NCBI GenBank assembly: GCA_017536505.1
Contig: JAFXHG010000038.1
Span: 65,163-129,162 of the forward strand
Direction of reading: 5' to 3'
Length of the DNA stretch: 64,000 bases
Source: Bacilli bacterium
GTDB lineage: Bacteria > Bacillota_I > Bacilli_A > RF39 > UBA660
This document shows positions 26,821-37,009 of the stretch, piece by piece. Numbering within the stretch: position 1 is the stretch's first letter; the number at the start of each line of letters is the position of its first letter. The position numbers were made by a program, and so were the translations under genes. The notes beneath the pieces are model-generated. The model was not told the DNA's origin and searched no databases. It saw only the letters and a program-made list of their open reading frames with translations.

Positions 26821-28144
26821 ATAATATGTTCTTCTTATGATTTAAATTTTCAATTTGACAAATTTTATTAATTTCCTCTAATGTTAAATGATAAGAATTA
26901 GGAATATTTGGAATATCTAATTCTTCTACACTATCTAATGAATCTAAATATTGCAATAGATTATCATTGTCTGTTGACATTTCTTTTTGTGATAATACAT
27001 CTTCTCCTAATTCATCAGAATAACTAACGCCTGTTGTTAAAAAATCTACTCCATCTTTTTTTATTGATAACTCTACCAAATCATATTCTTGATTTTTACT
27101 AGATATTGTTTCATATAGTTCAAAAATTTGTTTATATATGTTTTCACTATTATATGTTAATCCTTTCTCTAATAATATTTTTACACCTTTAAAAAATTCT
27201 TCTCTATATTTTAAATCTTCTAATCTTATATCAAATATTATTTGTTGTCCTGTAGGATTTCTTAATTCTAAATTTAAAGCATTACTTAATTCACTTTGTG
27301 TCATTTGTTCAACTAACAATGAAAACATTTCATATTGCTCTGGTTCTACATTAAAAACTATATTAGCAGAAGGAACTAAACCCCTACTATTTTCGTGTCC
27401 TGCACAACAGGCAAATGTAGAAATATCATTTGAATAACAAAATAATAATAATTCTTCCAAACTCTTATTACCTTCTGAAAATCTTTGTGCAAAATATTTT
27501 GGATCTTGCATTATTTCTTCTTTTGTATAACATCTTTCAGAATTTCTATTATTTACTCTTATATCTCTTGCTTGTACTAATTTGTCATAATAAGCACATT
27601 GATTAGGTTTTCTAATTATATGAGCATCTAATTCTTTTTTCTTCTTATAGTCATCCATATCATTTATATATATTAATTCACCATAATCAATTAGATATAG
27701 ATTTCCATTTTCATCTTTACCTATGTTTTCTAGTTTTGTATCATACCACAAATATCCATCATCCCTTAAATGACAATACATATCAATTAATGCACCTGAT
27801 GTACTTAAATCTTCTTGATTAAGTATTTGTAATTTCTTTGTTTTTAGAATTTTTGCATTATAATAACCTAACTCTACAATTTCTTCATCATCAGGTTGTA
27901 AAATATATCTACTATGAGACACATACTCTTTTAATGATTTGTGATTATCATATTCCATAAATGTTAGTTTAATTATTTCATTATTATATTCAAAAGTTAT
28001 CGAACTTTCACCACTACCTATAACTTTTAAGTTTGCTATATTATTTTTAGCGCAAAATTCTATTAAAGATGTAGTTATTTTCTCTACTTGCTCTGATTGT
28101 AAGAAATAAAAATTTTCTGCAATATATCTTTTTAAATCATCCAT
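26819..28144 (-). CDS. protein-kinase-fold protein with uncharacterised C-terminal domain
   Basis: IGSGESSITF (Gly loop), EIIKL (Lys), YDTKLEN (D-x-K-x-x-N catalytic loop), LIDYGE (DFG-like). Confidence 0.55.
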   Translation of the reverse strand: MDDLKRYIAENFYFLQSEQVEKITTSLIEFCAKNNIANLKVIGSGESSITFEYNNEIIKLTFMEYDNHKSLKEYVSHSRYILQPDDEEIVELGYYNAKILKTKKLQILNQEDLSTSGALIDMYCHLRDDGYLWYDTKLENIGKDENGNLYLIDYGELIYINDMDDYKKKKELDAHIIRKPNQCAYYDKLVQARDIRVNNRNSERCYTKEEIMQDPKYFAQRFSEGNKSLEELLLFCYSNDISTFACCAGHENSRGLVPSANIVFNVEPEQYEMFSLLVEQMTQSELSNALNLELRNPTGQQIIFDIRLEDLKYREEFFKGVKILLEKGLTYNSENIYKQIFELYETISSKNQEYDLVELSIKKDGVDFLTTGVSYSDELGEDVLSQKEMSTDNDNLLQYLDSLDSVEELDIPNIPNSYHLTLEEINKICQIENLNHKKNIL

Positions 28145-28180
28145 AATATTTTACCTTTCTTAATAGATTATAACACAAAT

Positions 28181-28201
28181 AAAGCTCTATGGCAGAGCTT
28201 T
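28181..28201 (-). terminator. hairpin overlapping the CPBP gene stop codon (possible terminator)
   Basis: Stem AAAGCTCT/AGAGCTTT; only a weak T-tract follows. Confidence 0.4.
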
Positions 28202-29582
28202 ATTTTACTAAATACATTTCATTATTCATTATTATTAGTTTATCATAACTCATACCTAATAAATATGGGTATTTTTCATTACTTCCTTCTATAGTTATAT
28301 ATCCAGCATCTTGTAATTCTGGCACTTCATATTTTTTAAATTGCTTTTTAATATTTTCTAAATATGATGAAGTATTATCAATATCCATTTTATTATATTC
28401 TGCATAATAAATTTCTTCATAAGTATATATTAATATTCCATAAGAGTTTTCATCTTCAATTACAGTATATTCAAACACTTCATAATCTATAACTGCTTCT
28501 TCATTAGTTAATGTATTTTTTACTACAACTTTTAAATCATCATTTAAATAAATATTTAAATTAAATTGTTCTAAATTAGAGTTAATATAATTTATATCAT
28601 AATCTTCATAATGTTGATAATGTGTTGTATATTCTTTTATTTCTTTTTCTTCATAATTAAATTCTGTAATCACATAATCTTCAGGAACTATAAGTGTTGT
28701 TAAGAAAAATCCTACTATTGATACTACCATCATTATATTGCATAACTTTTCATTTTTCTTATCTTTAATTAACTCTTTCTCTGAAATTATTTCATCTGTT
28801 TCTTTTAAATCAGATTTTTGAATTAATTTCAAAGCTCCGAATAGCCATAATAATATCATAAATACTGTTGAGAAAATAGATATTATTGTTCCACCACTCA
28901 TAGCTGGATCTTTAATGTAATTTATATCTGCTAACATTAAACAAAAATCATAGAATCCATGCAAGAACACACAAGCCCATATATTTTTAGTTCTATAATA
29001 AATAGCTCCCATTAACAAACCAAACCCAATTGTTTGAATTGCTTGCATTATTGACTCAAAAAGTGTTTGTCCTGCAAATACATTTGTTATATGCATTAAT
29101 CCAAAGAATAATGAGCTTATTACAAGTGATTTTATTATCCCTTTTCTATTATGTCCAAATCTTTCAATATATTCATTTTGTAGCCAACCTCTGCATAAAA
29201 ATTCCTCAAACATTCCAATACCTGCACAAAGTAAAGCTAAACTAATAAAGTTATTAAACTTAAATTGTTGTTGAGATATTAAAGTTATTATTGCAAAAAG
29301 TAATGCTATAAAACTTATTGCTAAAACAGGAGCACCTTTTTTTATTGATTTCCAAAAGTTCTCCCTTTTTTCAGTAAATACATATCTATTCCCACTTAAT
29401 AACATTATTACTAACATTACTAAAGCCATAGAGCTTTCAAGCCACATCATTAAACCATATTTACTTACATTTACCATATTATAAACAATAACACTTGCAA
29501 ATTCAGTTATTAGTAAAACTATTGCAAATAAGAATATCATTTTAATTGTAAATGGTACTATTTTCTTTTTCTTTTGTTTCAT
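28200..29582 (-). CDS. CPBP-family (CAAX/Abi-type) intramembrane metalloprotease fused to a ~190-aa C-terminal non-membrane domain
   Basis: EEFLCRGW (EExxxR), FGLMHITN and FLHGFYDF His motifs within multiple TM helices. Confidence 0.75.
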   Translation of the reverse strand: MKQKKKKIVPFTIKMIFLFAIVLLITEFASVIVYNMVNVSKYGLMMWLESSMALVMLVIMLLSGNRYVFTEKRENFWKSIKKGAPVLAISFIALLFAIITLISQQQFKFNNFISLALLCAGIGMFEEFLCRGWLQNEYIERFGHNRKGIIKSLVISSLFFGLMHITNVFAGQTLFESIMQAIQTIGFGLLMGAIYYRTKNIWACVFLHGFYDFCLMLADINYIKDPAMSGGTIISIFSTVFMILLWLFGALKLIQKSDLKETDEIISEKELIKDKKNEKLCNIMMVVSIVGFFLTTLIVPEDYVITEFNYEEKEIKEYTTHYQHYEDYDINYINSNLEQFNLNIYLNDDLKVVVKNTLTNEEAVIDYEVFEYTVIEDENSYGILIYTYEEIYYAEYNKMDIDNTSSYLENIKKQFKKYEVPELQDAGYITIEGSNEKYPYLLGMSYDKLIIMNNEMYLVK

Positions 29583-29602
29583 AAACCTAACCTCTTATTA
29601 TT

Positions 29603-29908
29603 CTACCATCTTTTTATATCGTGTTTATTTTTTAACCAAGCAGTAAAGTTTATATTAAAATAAGTAGAATATACAATAGCTAACACTATCATAAATCCAG
29701 CAAAATTTTCTATTGTTTCTATCTCACTAATTACTATTTTTGCTTCTTCTTCATAAATACTTAATGCCATTACACCTATATAAATAATTGCTGTTAAAAT
29801 TATTAAAACAGCTCTTGTTTCAAATAAACTTTTTCCTCCAGGCGTCTTTTTAAATTCATCAATGTATTTTCCCTTTTCTTTACTTGTTAAATCATAATAT
29901 GTCTTCAT
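29603..29908 (-). CDS. small two-TM membrane protein
   Basis: Two hydrophobic helices; N-terminus YDLTSKEKGKY resembles that of the protein at 30133-30426. Confidence 0.5.
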   Translation of the reverse strand: MKTYYDLTSKEKGKYIDEFKKTPGGKSLFETRAVLIILTAIIYIGVMALSIYEEEAKIVISEIETIENFAGFMIVLAIVYSTYFNINFTAWLKNKHDIKRW

Positions 29909-29929
29909 ATCCTACTCCTACTTCTATAA

Positions 29930-30121
29930 TTATTTTGCTTTTTCAACTTCTTCTTGTACTAATTCTTTACTATTTAAATTTTCTAATCTTGCTTTTTCTT
30001 TTTTCAATTCTTCTATTTGTTTATCTCTAAATAGATTTGGATTATTAAGTGCTGATTCTTCACTCATACCTTGAAGATTACCAGCTAATACCTTATCTAA
30101 TTCTTCTTGTTTTAATTCCAT
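29930..30121 (-). CDS. small hydrophilic protein (63 aa)
   Basis: ORF with GGAG RBS, E/K-rich and helical; function unknown. Confidence 0.45.
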   Translation of the reverse strand: MELKQEELDKVLAGNLQGMSEESALNNPNLFRDKQIEELKKEKARLENLNSKELVQEEVEKAK

Positions 30122-30132
30122 AAAAACTCCTT

Positions 30133-30426
30133 TTATTTATTTTTTTCTTCATAATATTGTTTCATTAAATCAAATCTTTTAAACCAAAAGATTAAAGACA
30201 TTAATGAAGCAAAACCAATCATAACAATAATAGTAATTAACATTAATGTTGGAGAAACTGTTTCATCAGTAAATAATCCACAGATCAATCCTCCACCTAA
30301 CACTAACAACATACAAATTGTTAATATAAATCCTTTTAAATATTGCTTGTAGTAAGATGTTTTTCTTATTTCATAATCTAATGCTACGCCTTCTTTAAAA
30401 GATAAATCAAATATTGATTTTTTCAT
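30133..30426 (-). CDS. small two-TM membrane protein
   Basis: Two hydrophobic helices; GGAGG RBS. Confidence 0.5.
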   Translation of the reverse strand: MKKSIFDLSFKEGVALDYEIRKTSYYKQYLKGFILTICMLLVLGGGLICGLFTDETVSPTLMLITIIVMIGFASLMSLIFWFKRFDLMKQYYEEKNK

Positions 30427-30528
30427 TTACATCTACCTCCTATTATTAATTATAACACATTTTGGTCTATTTCCCCAAGAAAATGTATATTTTATTAAAA
30501 AAATGAAAAAATTAATATGGTGAGACAT

Positions 30529-30966
30529 ATGATAGTTAAAAATTTAAGATATACAAGAGAATCACAATATTTAAAGCAAAAAGACCTTATCCCACTATAT
30601 AATGTCACATATTCTACAATTTCCGGATGGGAAACAGGAAAAGATACAATACCAATACGGCAACTTATAAAATATGCAAATAAATATAATTATAGTTTAG
30701 ATTATTTATTTGGATTAAAAGATTATAACGAAAGCTATTATCCTTTAGACATAGATTTAGATGAAATTGCTAAAAACTTAAAAGAAATTAGAAAAAGAAA
30801 TAACAAGACACAACAAGATATTGCAAACGTATTAAATACAAGTTCTTCTGCTTATGCTCACTATGAAAATTCAAGGTATATAATTCCTACAAACTTTTTA
30901 TTCAGTCTTTCTTTAATATATAAAGATTTCTCCATAGATGAAGTTTTAGGAAGAAAAAGAAAATAA
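30529..30966 (+). CDS. XRE-family regulator with two tandem HTH domains
   Basis: Two HTH_3-like segments (LKQKDLIPLYNVTYSTISGWETGK and KTQQDIANVLNTSSSAYAHYENSR); one of the few plus-strand genes, divergent from the cargo. Confidence 0.75.
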   Translation: MIVKNLRYTRESQYLKQKDLIPLYNVTYSTISGWETGKDTIPIRQLIKYANKYNYSLDYLFGLKDYNESYYPLDIDLDEIAKNLKEIRKRNNKTQQDIANVLNTSSSAYAHYENSRYIIPTNFLFSLSLIYKDFSIDEVLGRKRK

Positions 30967-30971
30967 AAAAA

Positions 30972-31002
30972 GATGGGACGCCTTAATAAACAGGCGTCCC
31001 AT
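30972..31002. terminator. GC-rich hairpin at the end of the T4SS operon, between convergent genes
   Basis: Stem ATGGGACGCC/GGCGTCCCAT; T7 follows on the minus strand; the stop codon of the CHAP gene lies in the loop. Confidence 0.65.
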
Positions 31003-32485
31003 ATCCATATATAACATTGCTATTAATACTATATTCTTGTTGTCTGCACATATCATCTGCAGAATTACCTTCCACTGTATATACTTTATTATTTTCTACT
31101 TTTATAACTATACCAACGTGATCTACACTACCATCATCTTCCCAATCAAAGAAAATAATATCACTTTCTTTTGGTATATAATTGTCTTCTTTCCATAATC
31201 CTCTATCCTTAAACCAATTTACTCCATTTATACAAGCTACAAATTTAGGGATAATTCCAGCATCTATATATCCTAATTCATTAGCTACCCAACTAACGAA
31301 AACAGCACACCACTCTACACGAGAATTAAAACCATACCAAGTCCAATATGGCTCTCCTCCTACATTTCCTACTTGAGCTAATGCTATATTAGTCATACTT
31401 GAGCTACTATCTGTTCCATATATTACTGATACCCATAAATTATTATATCCACTATCTAACAAGTCTTTTACTTGTTCTTTTTGTTCTTCTGTAAAATTAT
31501 ATTCTTCCATTATTTCTTCGGTAGTTTTACCTTTTATATCAATATATAAAATATTTTGAATTGTACCATCTACTTCTTCTACTTTTATTTCACTACTAAC
31601 AGATGTCATATCCCAAAACACATCTTTTATTTTTTCTTTCTTTTCTTCAGTTAAAATTAATACATCACTATCATTATTACTAGAATAATATACAACATAT
31701 ATAGCGAGTATTTCTTTCCACTCTGCCCTTGTAGATGTTATCTTATAATCATTATAACTATTATCATTTTTAATAGATAATATCTTTTCATCTAATTCTT
31801 CATTTAATTCTTTAACTACTTCATTTAATTTATAATCAGAACCTACTTCTTCATTTGAAAAGAAAACACCATATATAGAGCTACATAAAAGGGCTACAAG
31901 ACAAATTATTAGTATTACTACTACAGCAACCCATCCTCCAGCAATTAACGCTGTAATGAGCGCTTTTGTGCCTGCTATGATACCCTTTACTGCAGATATA
32001 GCAATTTTAACAGCTTGCTTAACACCTCTTACTGTGTTCTTCGCCACTCTTTGAGATGTTTTAGTAGCTTTTAAACTTTTAGTAGCAATCTTTTTGGTGT
32101 TCTTAACAAATTGATTACTTTTTTGAAGTGCTATTTTACCTGTTTTAATGTTTTTTCTAGCTTCTTTAATTTCTTTAGTTCTTTTTATTTTAGTTTTAAT
32201 AGTTTTAATTTGATTTTTAGTTTTAATAACATTATTTTTAGTTGTAGTAATACCTTCTTTACCTTTAATATTAAATTTGGATATTCCCTCATCCATTATT
32301 CTATTAGAAGTAAACTCTACTTTATTACTTGCATACTCATTAACTTCATCATTTTTACTATAACTACTATTAACTTTTTCTTTTATATTAACTAAATTAT
32401 CTTTAGTTCTTTCAGCTACTATAGCACCTTTATCTAAATTCTTAATAGTTCCTTTTATAACTTCTTTAGTCTTTATTTTAGACAT
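30983..32485 (-). CDS. T4SS-associated cell-wall hydrolase (membrane-anchored, C-terminal CHAP/NlpC-P60 domain)
   Basis: Central TM; C-terminal WCAVFVSW (Cys) and DHVGIV (His) are typical of CHAP. Confidence 0.8.
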   Translation of the reverse strand: MSKIKTKEVIKGTIKNLDKGAIVAERTKDNLVNIKEKVNSSYSKNDEVNEYASNKVEFTSNRIMDEGISKFNIKGKEGITTTKNNVIKTKNQIKTIKTKIKRTKEIKEARKNIKTGKIALQKSNQFVKNTKKIATKSLKATKTSQRVAKNTVRGVKQAVKIAISAVKGIIAGTKALITALIAGGWVAVVVILIICLVALLCSSIYGVFFSNEEVGSDYKLNEVVKELNEELDEKILSIKNDNSYNDYKITSTRAEWKEILAIYVVYYSSNNDSDVLILTEEKKEKIKDVFWDMTSVSSEIKVEEVDGTIQNILYIDIKGKTTEEIMEEYNFTEEQKEQVKDLLDSGYNNLWVSVIYGTDSSSSMTNIALAQVGNVGGEPYWTWYGFNSRVEWCAVFVSWVANELGYIDAGIIPKFVACINGVNWFKDRGLWKEDNYIPKESDIIFFDWEDDGSVDHVGIVIKVENNKVYTVEGNSADDMCRQQEYSINSNVIYGYGTPVY

Positions 32486-32486
32486 A

Positions 32487-34799
32487 CTATTCTCCAGGTT
32501 TAGTAGTCATCAATTTATATAGTTTAGTATCTTTAGGGAATTCATTTATAAAAGGTACTAATAAACTACCATATCTAATTAATCCACATCCAGCTTCTGA
32601 ATTAGTAATATAAGATAATTGCTCATCAGATATACTTAATAAATCAGCAAGCTTTTCTCTATCAGATGTAGCTTGATTTAACATAACTATAAATTCACTA
32701 TTAGATAACATTGTTCTTGATTCTACTGAAGCTAATAATGATTCTACATTTTGAGTTATAGCTGTTGGATAAGCATTTCTTTTTCTAAACTGTCTCCAAG
32801 CACTATTGAAGAAAGTAGCACTATACTCATTTTCAAATAATACGTGTATTTCATCTATAAATATATGAGTTCTTTTACCTTTTTTATAATTATCAGCTAC
32901 TCTATTAATTAAAGCATCTGTAATAACTAAAAGCCCCATAGCTTTTAATTGTTTACCCAGATTATATATATCATAAGAAATAATACGATTATTAGTATCT
33001 ACATTAGTTTTATGAGCGAATATATTTAAAGAACCATTAGTAAATAATTCCAAAGATAAAGCAAGCTCTCCAGCTTCTTTTTCAGGTTGTTCTAATAATT
33101 TTTCTCTTAACTTAATTAAAGTAGGAATCTCATTATTCTTTTCACACTCACTATACACTAAAGAAGTACAACGATCTATAATTGATTTTTGTTTAGCTCC
33201 TAATCCTTTTTTATCTAATTGTTCAAATAAAGATAATATAAATTCAGATTTATCAGCTATAGGATTTAATCCCTCACCATATCCCTCCGTCATATCCATA
33301 GCGTTTATATGGTCTTTACTACTAGAAGATATATGGATAACTTCTCCACCTAAAGCATCTACTAAAGCAGAATATTCATTTTCTGGATCACATATTAAAA
33401 TATCATCTTCAGTAGATAAAGTTAAAAATACTATTAATTCTTTAGCACTAAAACTTTTACCTGAACCGGGTACACCTAATAAGAAAGATGATTGATTTAA
33501 TAAATTAGATTTATTAATCATAATAAGATTACGAGATATAGCGTTTAATCCATAATAGATTCCACCTCTATCTTGAATCTCTTGAACTTTAAAAGGTATA
33601 AAAGTTGCTAGTGATTCAGTTGTTAAAGTTCTTAATGAATTTATCTTTCTAACACCATAAGGGAATACAGTATTAAGCCCATCTAACTGTTGATATTTTA
33701 AAGTAGATAACTGACATAACTTTTTACGAGCTACAGTTCTTAAACTTTCAGTATCACTATCCAACTGTTCTTTAGTGTCAGCTGTGTGTACTAAAGTTAA
33801 AACACATACAAACATCCTTTGATCTCTTGTAGTTAAATCCTCTAAAAATTCTTTAGATTCTTTCCTTTGTAATTCTAAATCATAAGGAATAACTGCACTA
33901 AAGTTATTATTGTTATTTTGCCTTCTTTGCCAATTAGTAATATTAGTTTCTACCCCTAATCTTCTATTCTCTACTTCCTTAATAGCTTCATCCATTGGTA
34001 TTGGTATTACATCTATACTCAACATCATATTTCTATTTATATCAGTTAATTCCATAACTATATCATCTCTAATATAATTAGCATACTCTTTTAAATATAA
34101 TACTCTAGCATATCTATCTCCAATTTTAATATAATCATCATAAAACTGTATAGAATCAGGACACACATAATCTTTAAAGCTATGTCCTTTTTTTAGATTA
34201 TCTAATATATCAAAATAAAAGTCTTCTTCTTCGCCTTTTCTATAGAAGTCGTGGATCAGACGCAATCTTTCTGTAGCATTTAATTCTACACATTTAGCTC
34301 CTAATTGTTGAAAGTGAGATGTTAAATCTGTAGTCATCCTAGAGAAATAATTTTTAGCTTCTTCTATATTCTTTTTATTGATAGATACAGTTATAAATTT
34401 TTCTTGAATAATACCATTAGAATTTACAGATTTTTCTAATAACATATCATTGTATTCTTTTCTATAAATGTCTAAACCATCTTCTTTGTATTTTAGCAAA
34501 ATGTTATTTTCAAAGTCAAGCTTATTTAATTTTCTATTTAATACTGTAATTTTAGTAGTAGCATTAGTATCAAAAGAATTTAATAATTCGCTATAATTTA
34601 AAAACATTAATTCTTTATCTTCTTTACTAGCTACTGCATAATTAATATCTGTAAATTTATAACACTTTGAATATTTATTTTTTTCAGATAAAAATATCCC
34701 ATCATTCCAAATTTTTCTTACTGGTATAGTGTGTTGAATACCACTAGGAACATTAAATCTTTCTTTGTCTTGTTTTAGAATTCTTTTTAATGTTTTCAC
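32487..34799 (-). CDS. VirB4-like conjugal transfer ATPase
   Basis: 770 aa; Walker A GVPGSGKSF; Walker B HIFIDEIH; the N-terminal layout is typical of Firmicute VirB4/PrgJ/TcpF. Confidence 0.9.
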   Translation of the reverse strand: MKTLKRILKQDKERFNVPSGIQHTIPVRKIWNDGIFLSEKNKYSKCYKFTDINYAVASKEDKELMFLNYSELLNSFDTNATTKITVLNRKLNKLDFENNILLKYKEDGLDIYRKEYNDMLLEKSVNSNGIIQEKFITVSINKKNIEEAKNYFSRMTTDLTSHFQQLGAKCVELNATERLRLIHDFYRKGEEEDFYFDILDNLKKGHSFKDYVCPDSIQFYDDYIKIGDRYARVLYLKEYANYIRDDIVMELTDINRNMMLSIDVIPIPMDEAIKEVENRRLGVETNITNWQRRQNNNNNFSAVIPYDLELQRKESKEFLEDLTTRDQRMFVCVLTLVHTADTKEQLDSDTESLRTVARKKLCQLSTLKYQQLDGLNTVFPYGVRKINSLRTLTTESLATFIPFKVQEIQDRGGIYYGLNAISRNLIMINKSNLLNQSSFLLGVPGSGKSFSAKELIVFLTLSTEDDILICDPENEYSALVDALGGEVIHISSSSKDHINAMDMTEGYGEGLNPIADKSEFILSLFEQLDKKGLGAKQKSIIDRCTSLVYSECEKNNEIPTLIKLREKLLEQPEKEAGELALSLELFTNGSLNIFAHKTNVDTNNRIISYDIYNLGKQLKAMGLLVITDALINRVADNYKKGKRTHIFIDEIHVLFENEYSATFFNSAWRQFRKRNAYPTAITQNVESLLASVESRTMLSNSEFIVMLNQATSDREKLADLLSISDEQLSYITNSEAGCGLIRYGSLLVPFINEFPKDTKLYKLMTTKPGE

Positions 34800-35136
34800 T
34801 TTTTTCCTCCTTCTTTGTATTAATTAGTTCATAATAAAAATTAGTAGGTTTAAACACTAATTTCTTTGATGATAATAATTTAGATTTTATAAAAGCCATA
34901 ATAAATTCTTCTGCGTTCATACCATTATAAGTAATAAAACCGAGTGCAGCGAAAGGGAAAGCTCCTAATATACATAGCCAGGATAAAGTGCCTATAGTAA
35001 ATTTATCTCTTAATAAAAAATAAATTAATACAGCAATACCACAAGCTAATATAGAAAATATTAATTGTCTTAATGTTAATCCAAAATATATTTTTTCAGT
35101 ATAATCTCTTATTTCTTTATTTATTTTTACTTCCAT
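34753..35136 (-). CDS. PrgI-family / VirB3-like small membrane T4SS protein
   Basis: IYFGLTLRQLIFSILACG... with two TM helices, immediately upstream of virB4. Confidence 0.65.
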   Translation of the reverse strand: MEVKINKEIRDYTEKIYFGLTLRQLIFSILACGIAVLIYFLLRDKFTIGTLSWLCILGAFPFAALGFITYNGMNAEEFIMAFIKSKLLSSKKLVFKPTNFYYELINTKKEEKSENIKKNSKTRQRKI

Positions 35137-35138
35137 AA

Positions 35139-35972
35139 TTATCTCTCCAAATTCATTTTTTCTTTATTATATATTTTGTTCTTAAATTTATTTAATATAG
35201 TATTAAAATACTTGTATTCATTTTCAGTTAATTTATCTTTAGATATTTCTACCTTTGAAAAATCTATATTATAATAACTACCATTTTTATTAAGAAATTC
35301 TTTTAACATTAAACCTTCTCCATTTAAAACTTGTCTTTCTGTTTTTTCATTTATATTTTTAATTCTTCTACTCAAACGCATATATTCATCAAACATATAT
35401 TTTTGCTCTGTAAATTTTTCATATTCTTTTAAAAATACATCAGAAGAAACTAACCTATCACCAGCCCAATAGCCAACTCTTTTTTTATTTATATCAAAAT
35501 AATCTCCACCACCTTGCTCATTACCACACCCTGTTAATAAAGCAAAAGCATTAAATTTAGCAAAACTAATTTTATCATCATAATAACAACACCATTGAAT
35601 AGGTTGCTTTATTAAATCTATATATTCTTTTTTATCTAAATTATAAACATATCTAATTTTATTATTGAAATTACTAGGTTCTACTTCTTTAAAGCTACTA
35701 CCCCAATCATATACTGTTGTTTTTATATTATTTTCTTCTTCTAGTTTAGCTATAAAATTACTTGTTGTTGATATATCATTACCTTCTGCATAATCTCCAA
35801 CGTGAATTACTCTATCGCCTTTCCACTTATCACTTAACAAAGATAATATATCATTACAATATTCATTTCCTAGATATGAGTGTTCTGTCAATTTTAGAAA
35901 ACCTTTGGATCTATCACATACTTCTTTTTTATCTAAATTTATAAACTTATAATATTGTCCCATAAAATACAC
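35139..35972 (-). CDS. hypothetical protein in the T4SS cluster
   Basis: ORF tightly packed in the operon; no motif recognised. Confidence 0.5.
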   Translation of the reverse strand: MYFMGQYYKFINLDKKEVCDRSKGFLKLTEHSYLGNEYCNDILSLLSDKWKGDRVIHVGDYAEGNDISTTSNFIAKLEEENNIKTTVYDWGSSFKEVEPSNFNNKIRYVYNLDKKEYIDLIKQPIQWCCYYDDKISFAKFNAFALLTGCGNEQGGGDYFDINKKRVGYWAGDRLVSSDVFLKEYEKFTEQKYMFDEYMRLSRRIKNINEKTERQVLNGEGLMLKEFLNKNGSYYNIDFSKVEISKDKLTENEYKYFNTILNKFKNKIYNKEKMNLER

Positions 35973-35980
35973 TCCTTTTA

Positions 35981-36559
35981 TTATCTTTCCTTATCTTTTT
36001 GTTTTTTCTTTTTATCATTTACGATTTTAAATAATTTTTCATTTGATAGAAGAATACTTTTTTCATCAAATTGTTTATAATATTTATCTCTTTTCTCAAT
36101 AGGTAGAACTTTATATTCTCCTGTTTCTAAATTTTTTCCTACTATTGCAAATGGTCCAGAAATAAGTTCATCACCTATATATCTATTTATAGGATGCGAG
36201 AAATTTTTATTAGAATCAGAACATACTGCAACGACCTCTAAATCATCATCAATTTTTACTTCTCTTATATTGTTTCCAATTATATTATCAAACAACTCTG
36301 TCGTGGCATCAATTTGAAAATCATATTCTCTTGCTTCTTTAAAAGGTTCAACCAAAATACCTCTTATTATTTCTTTTACTTCAACATCTAGTCCTTTCCT
36401 TTGAAAATCAAAGTAATGTCCTTCGCAGGAATTATGAATATCTAAACTTCTTTCTAATGCTATATTTCTGCTTTCAGCTTCTATATTATAATTTTTTTCA
36501 AATGTTTCTTTAAATGTTATATTATATCTTTTTTTCATTTTATCACCTTTCATTTTCAT
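35981..36559 (-). CDS. DUF3846-like protein (paralogue 2)
   Basis: C-terminal half GILVEPFKEAREY...GPFAIVGKNLETGEY parallels the neighbouring paralogue. Confidence 0.5.
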   Translation of the reverse strand: MKMKGDKMKKRYNITFKETFEKNYNIEAESRNIALERSLDIHNSCEGHYFDFQRKGLDVEVKEIIRGILVEPFKEAREYDFQIDATTELFDNIIGNNIREVKIDDDLEVVAVCSDSNKNFSHPINRYIGDELISGPFAIVGKNLETGEYKVLPIEKRDKYYKQFDEKSILLSNEKLFKIVNDKKKKQKDKER

Positions 36560-36971
36560 AAATTCTATTTCTATTTAATGCAATCTCTATTTTAATTGCA
36601 TTTAATTTTCTATTTGTTCTTTCTATACTTTCTTTTCCAAATTTTATTTTATATTTTAATATTTGAGCTTCTGTTAAAGATTTAAAATCTCCATTTTCAT
36701 AGTCATCTCCAACAATTAAAAAAGGGCCTCCAATAATGTCGTACCCTATATCTCTATTCCACTCCATACCTAATATTTTGTGTTCTTCATTTACAATTAA
36801 AACTACATCATTATCATTTTGCAAATAAGCACACTCTATATATCCTTTTACTAATTTTTGTTTTGTTTCTAAATCATTTTTAAATGTTATTTCTTTTGGT
36901 AATTTATTAGGTTCAACTAATAATCCTTTAATATATTCCTCTTTCAATAAAATCATCCTCCTTTTAGACAT
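36543..36971 (-). CDS. DUF3846-like protein (paralogue 1)
   Basis: GLLVEPNKLPKEITF...GPFLIVGDDYENGDFKSLT pattern is common on Firmicute conjugative elements. Confidence 0.55.
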   Translation of the reverse strand: MSKRRMILLKEEYIKGLLVEPNKLPKEITFKNDLETKQKLVKGYIECAYLQNDNDVVLIVNEEHKILGMEWNRDIGYDIIGGPFLIVGDDYENGDFKSLTEAQILKYKIKFGKESIERTNRKLNAIKIEIALNRNRIYENER

Positions 36972-36978
36972 AAAAAAA

Positions 36979-36995
36979 AGCAGATTAATTCTGCT
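36979..36995 (-). terminator. intrinsic terminator after the CPBP gene inside the T4SS cluster
   Basis: Stem AGCAGA/TCTGCT followed by T8 on the minus strand. Confidence 0.5.
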
Positions 36996-37009
36996 ATAAA
37001 ATCTATTAA

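Noticed and set aside
29930-30121. The N-terminus MELKQEELDKVLAG looked like a double-glycine bacteriocin leader (LSxxELxxIxGG).
   Set aside because: The cleavage dipeptide would be AG rather than GG/GA/GS. The would-be core peptide is long, highly charged and helical. No C39-peptidase ABC transporter or modification enzyme is nearby.
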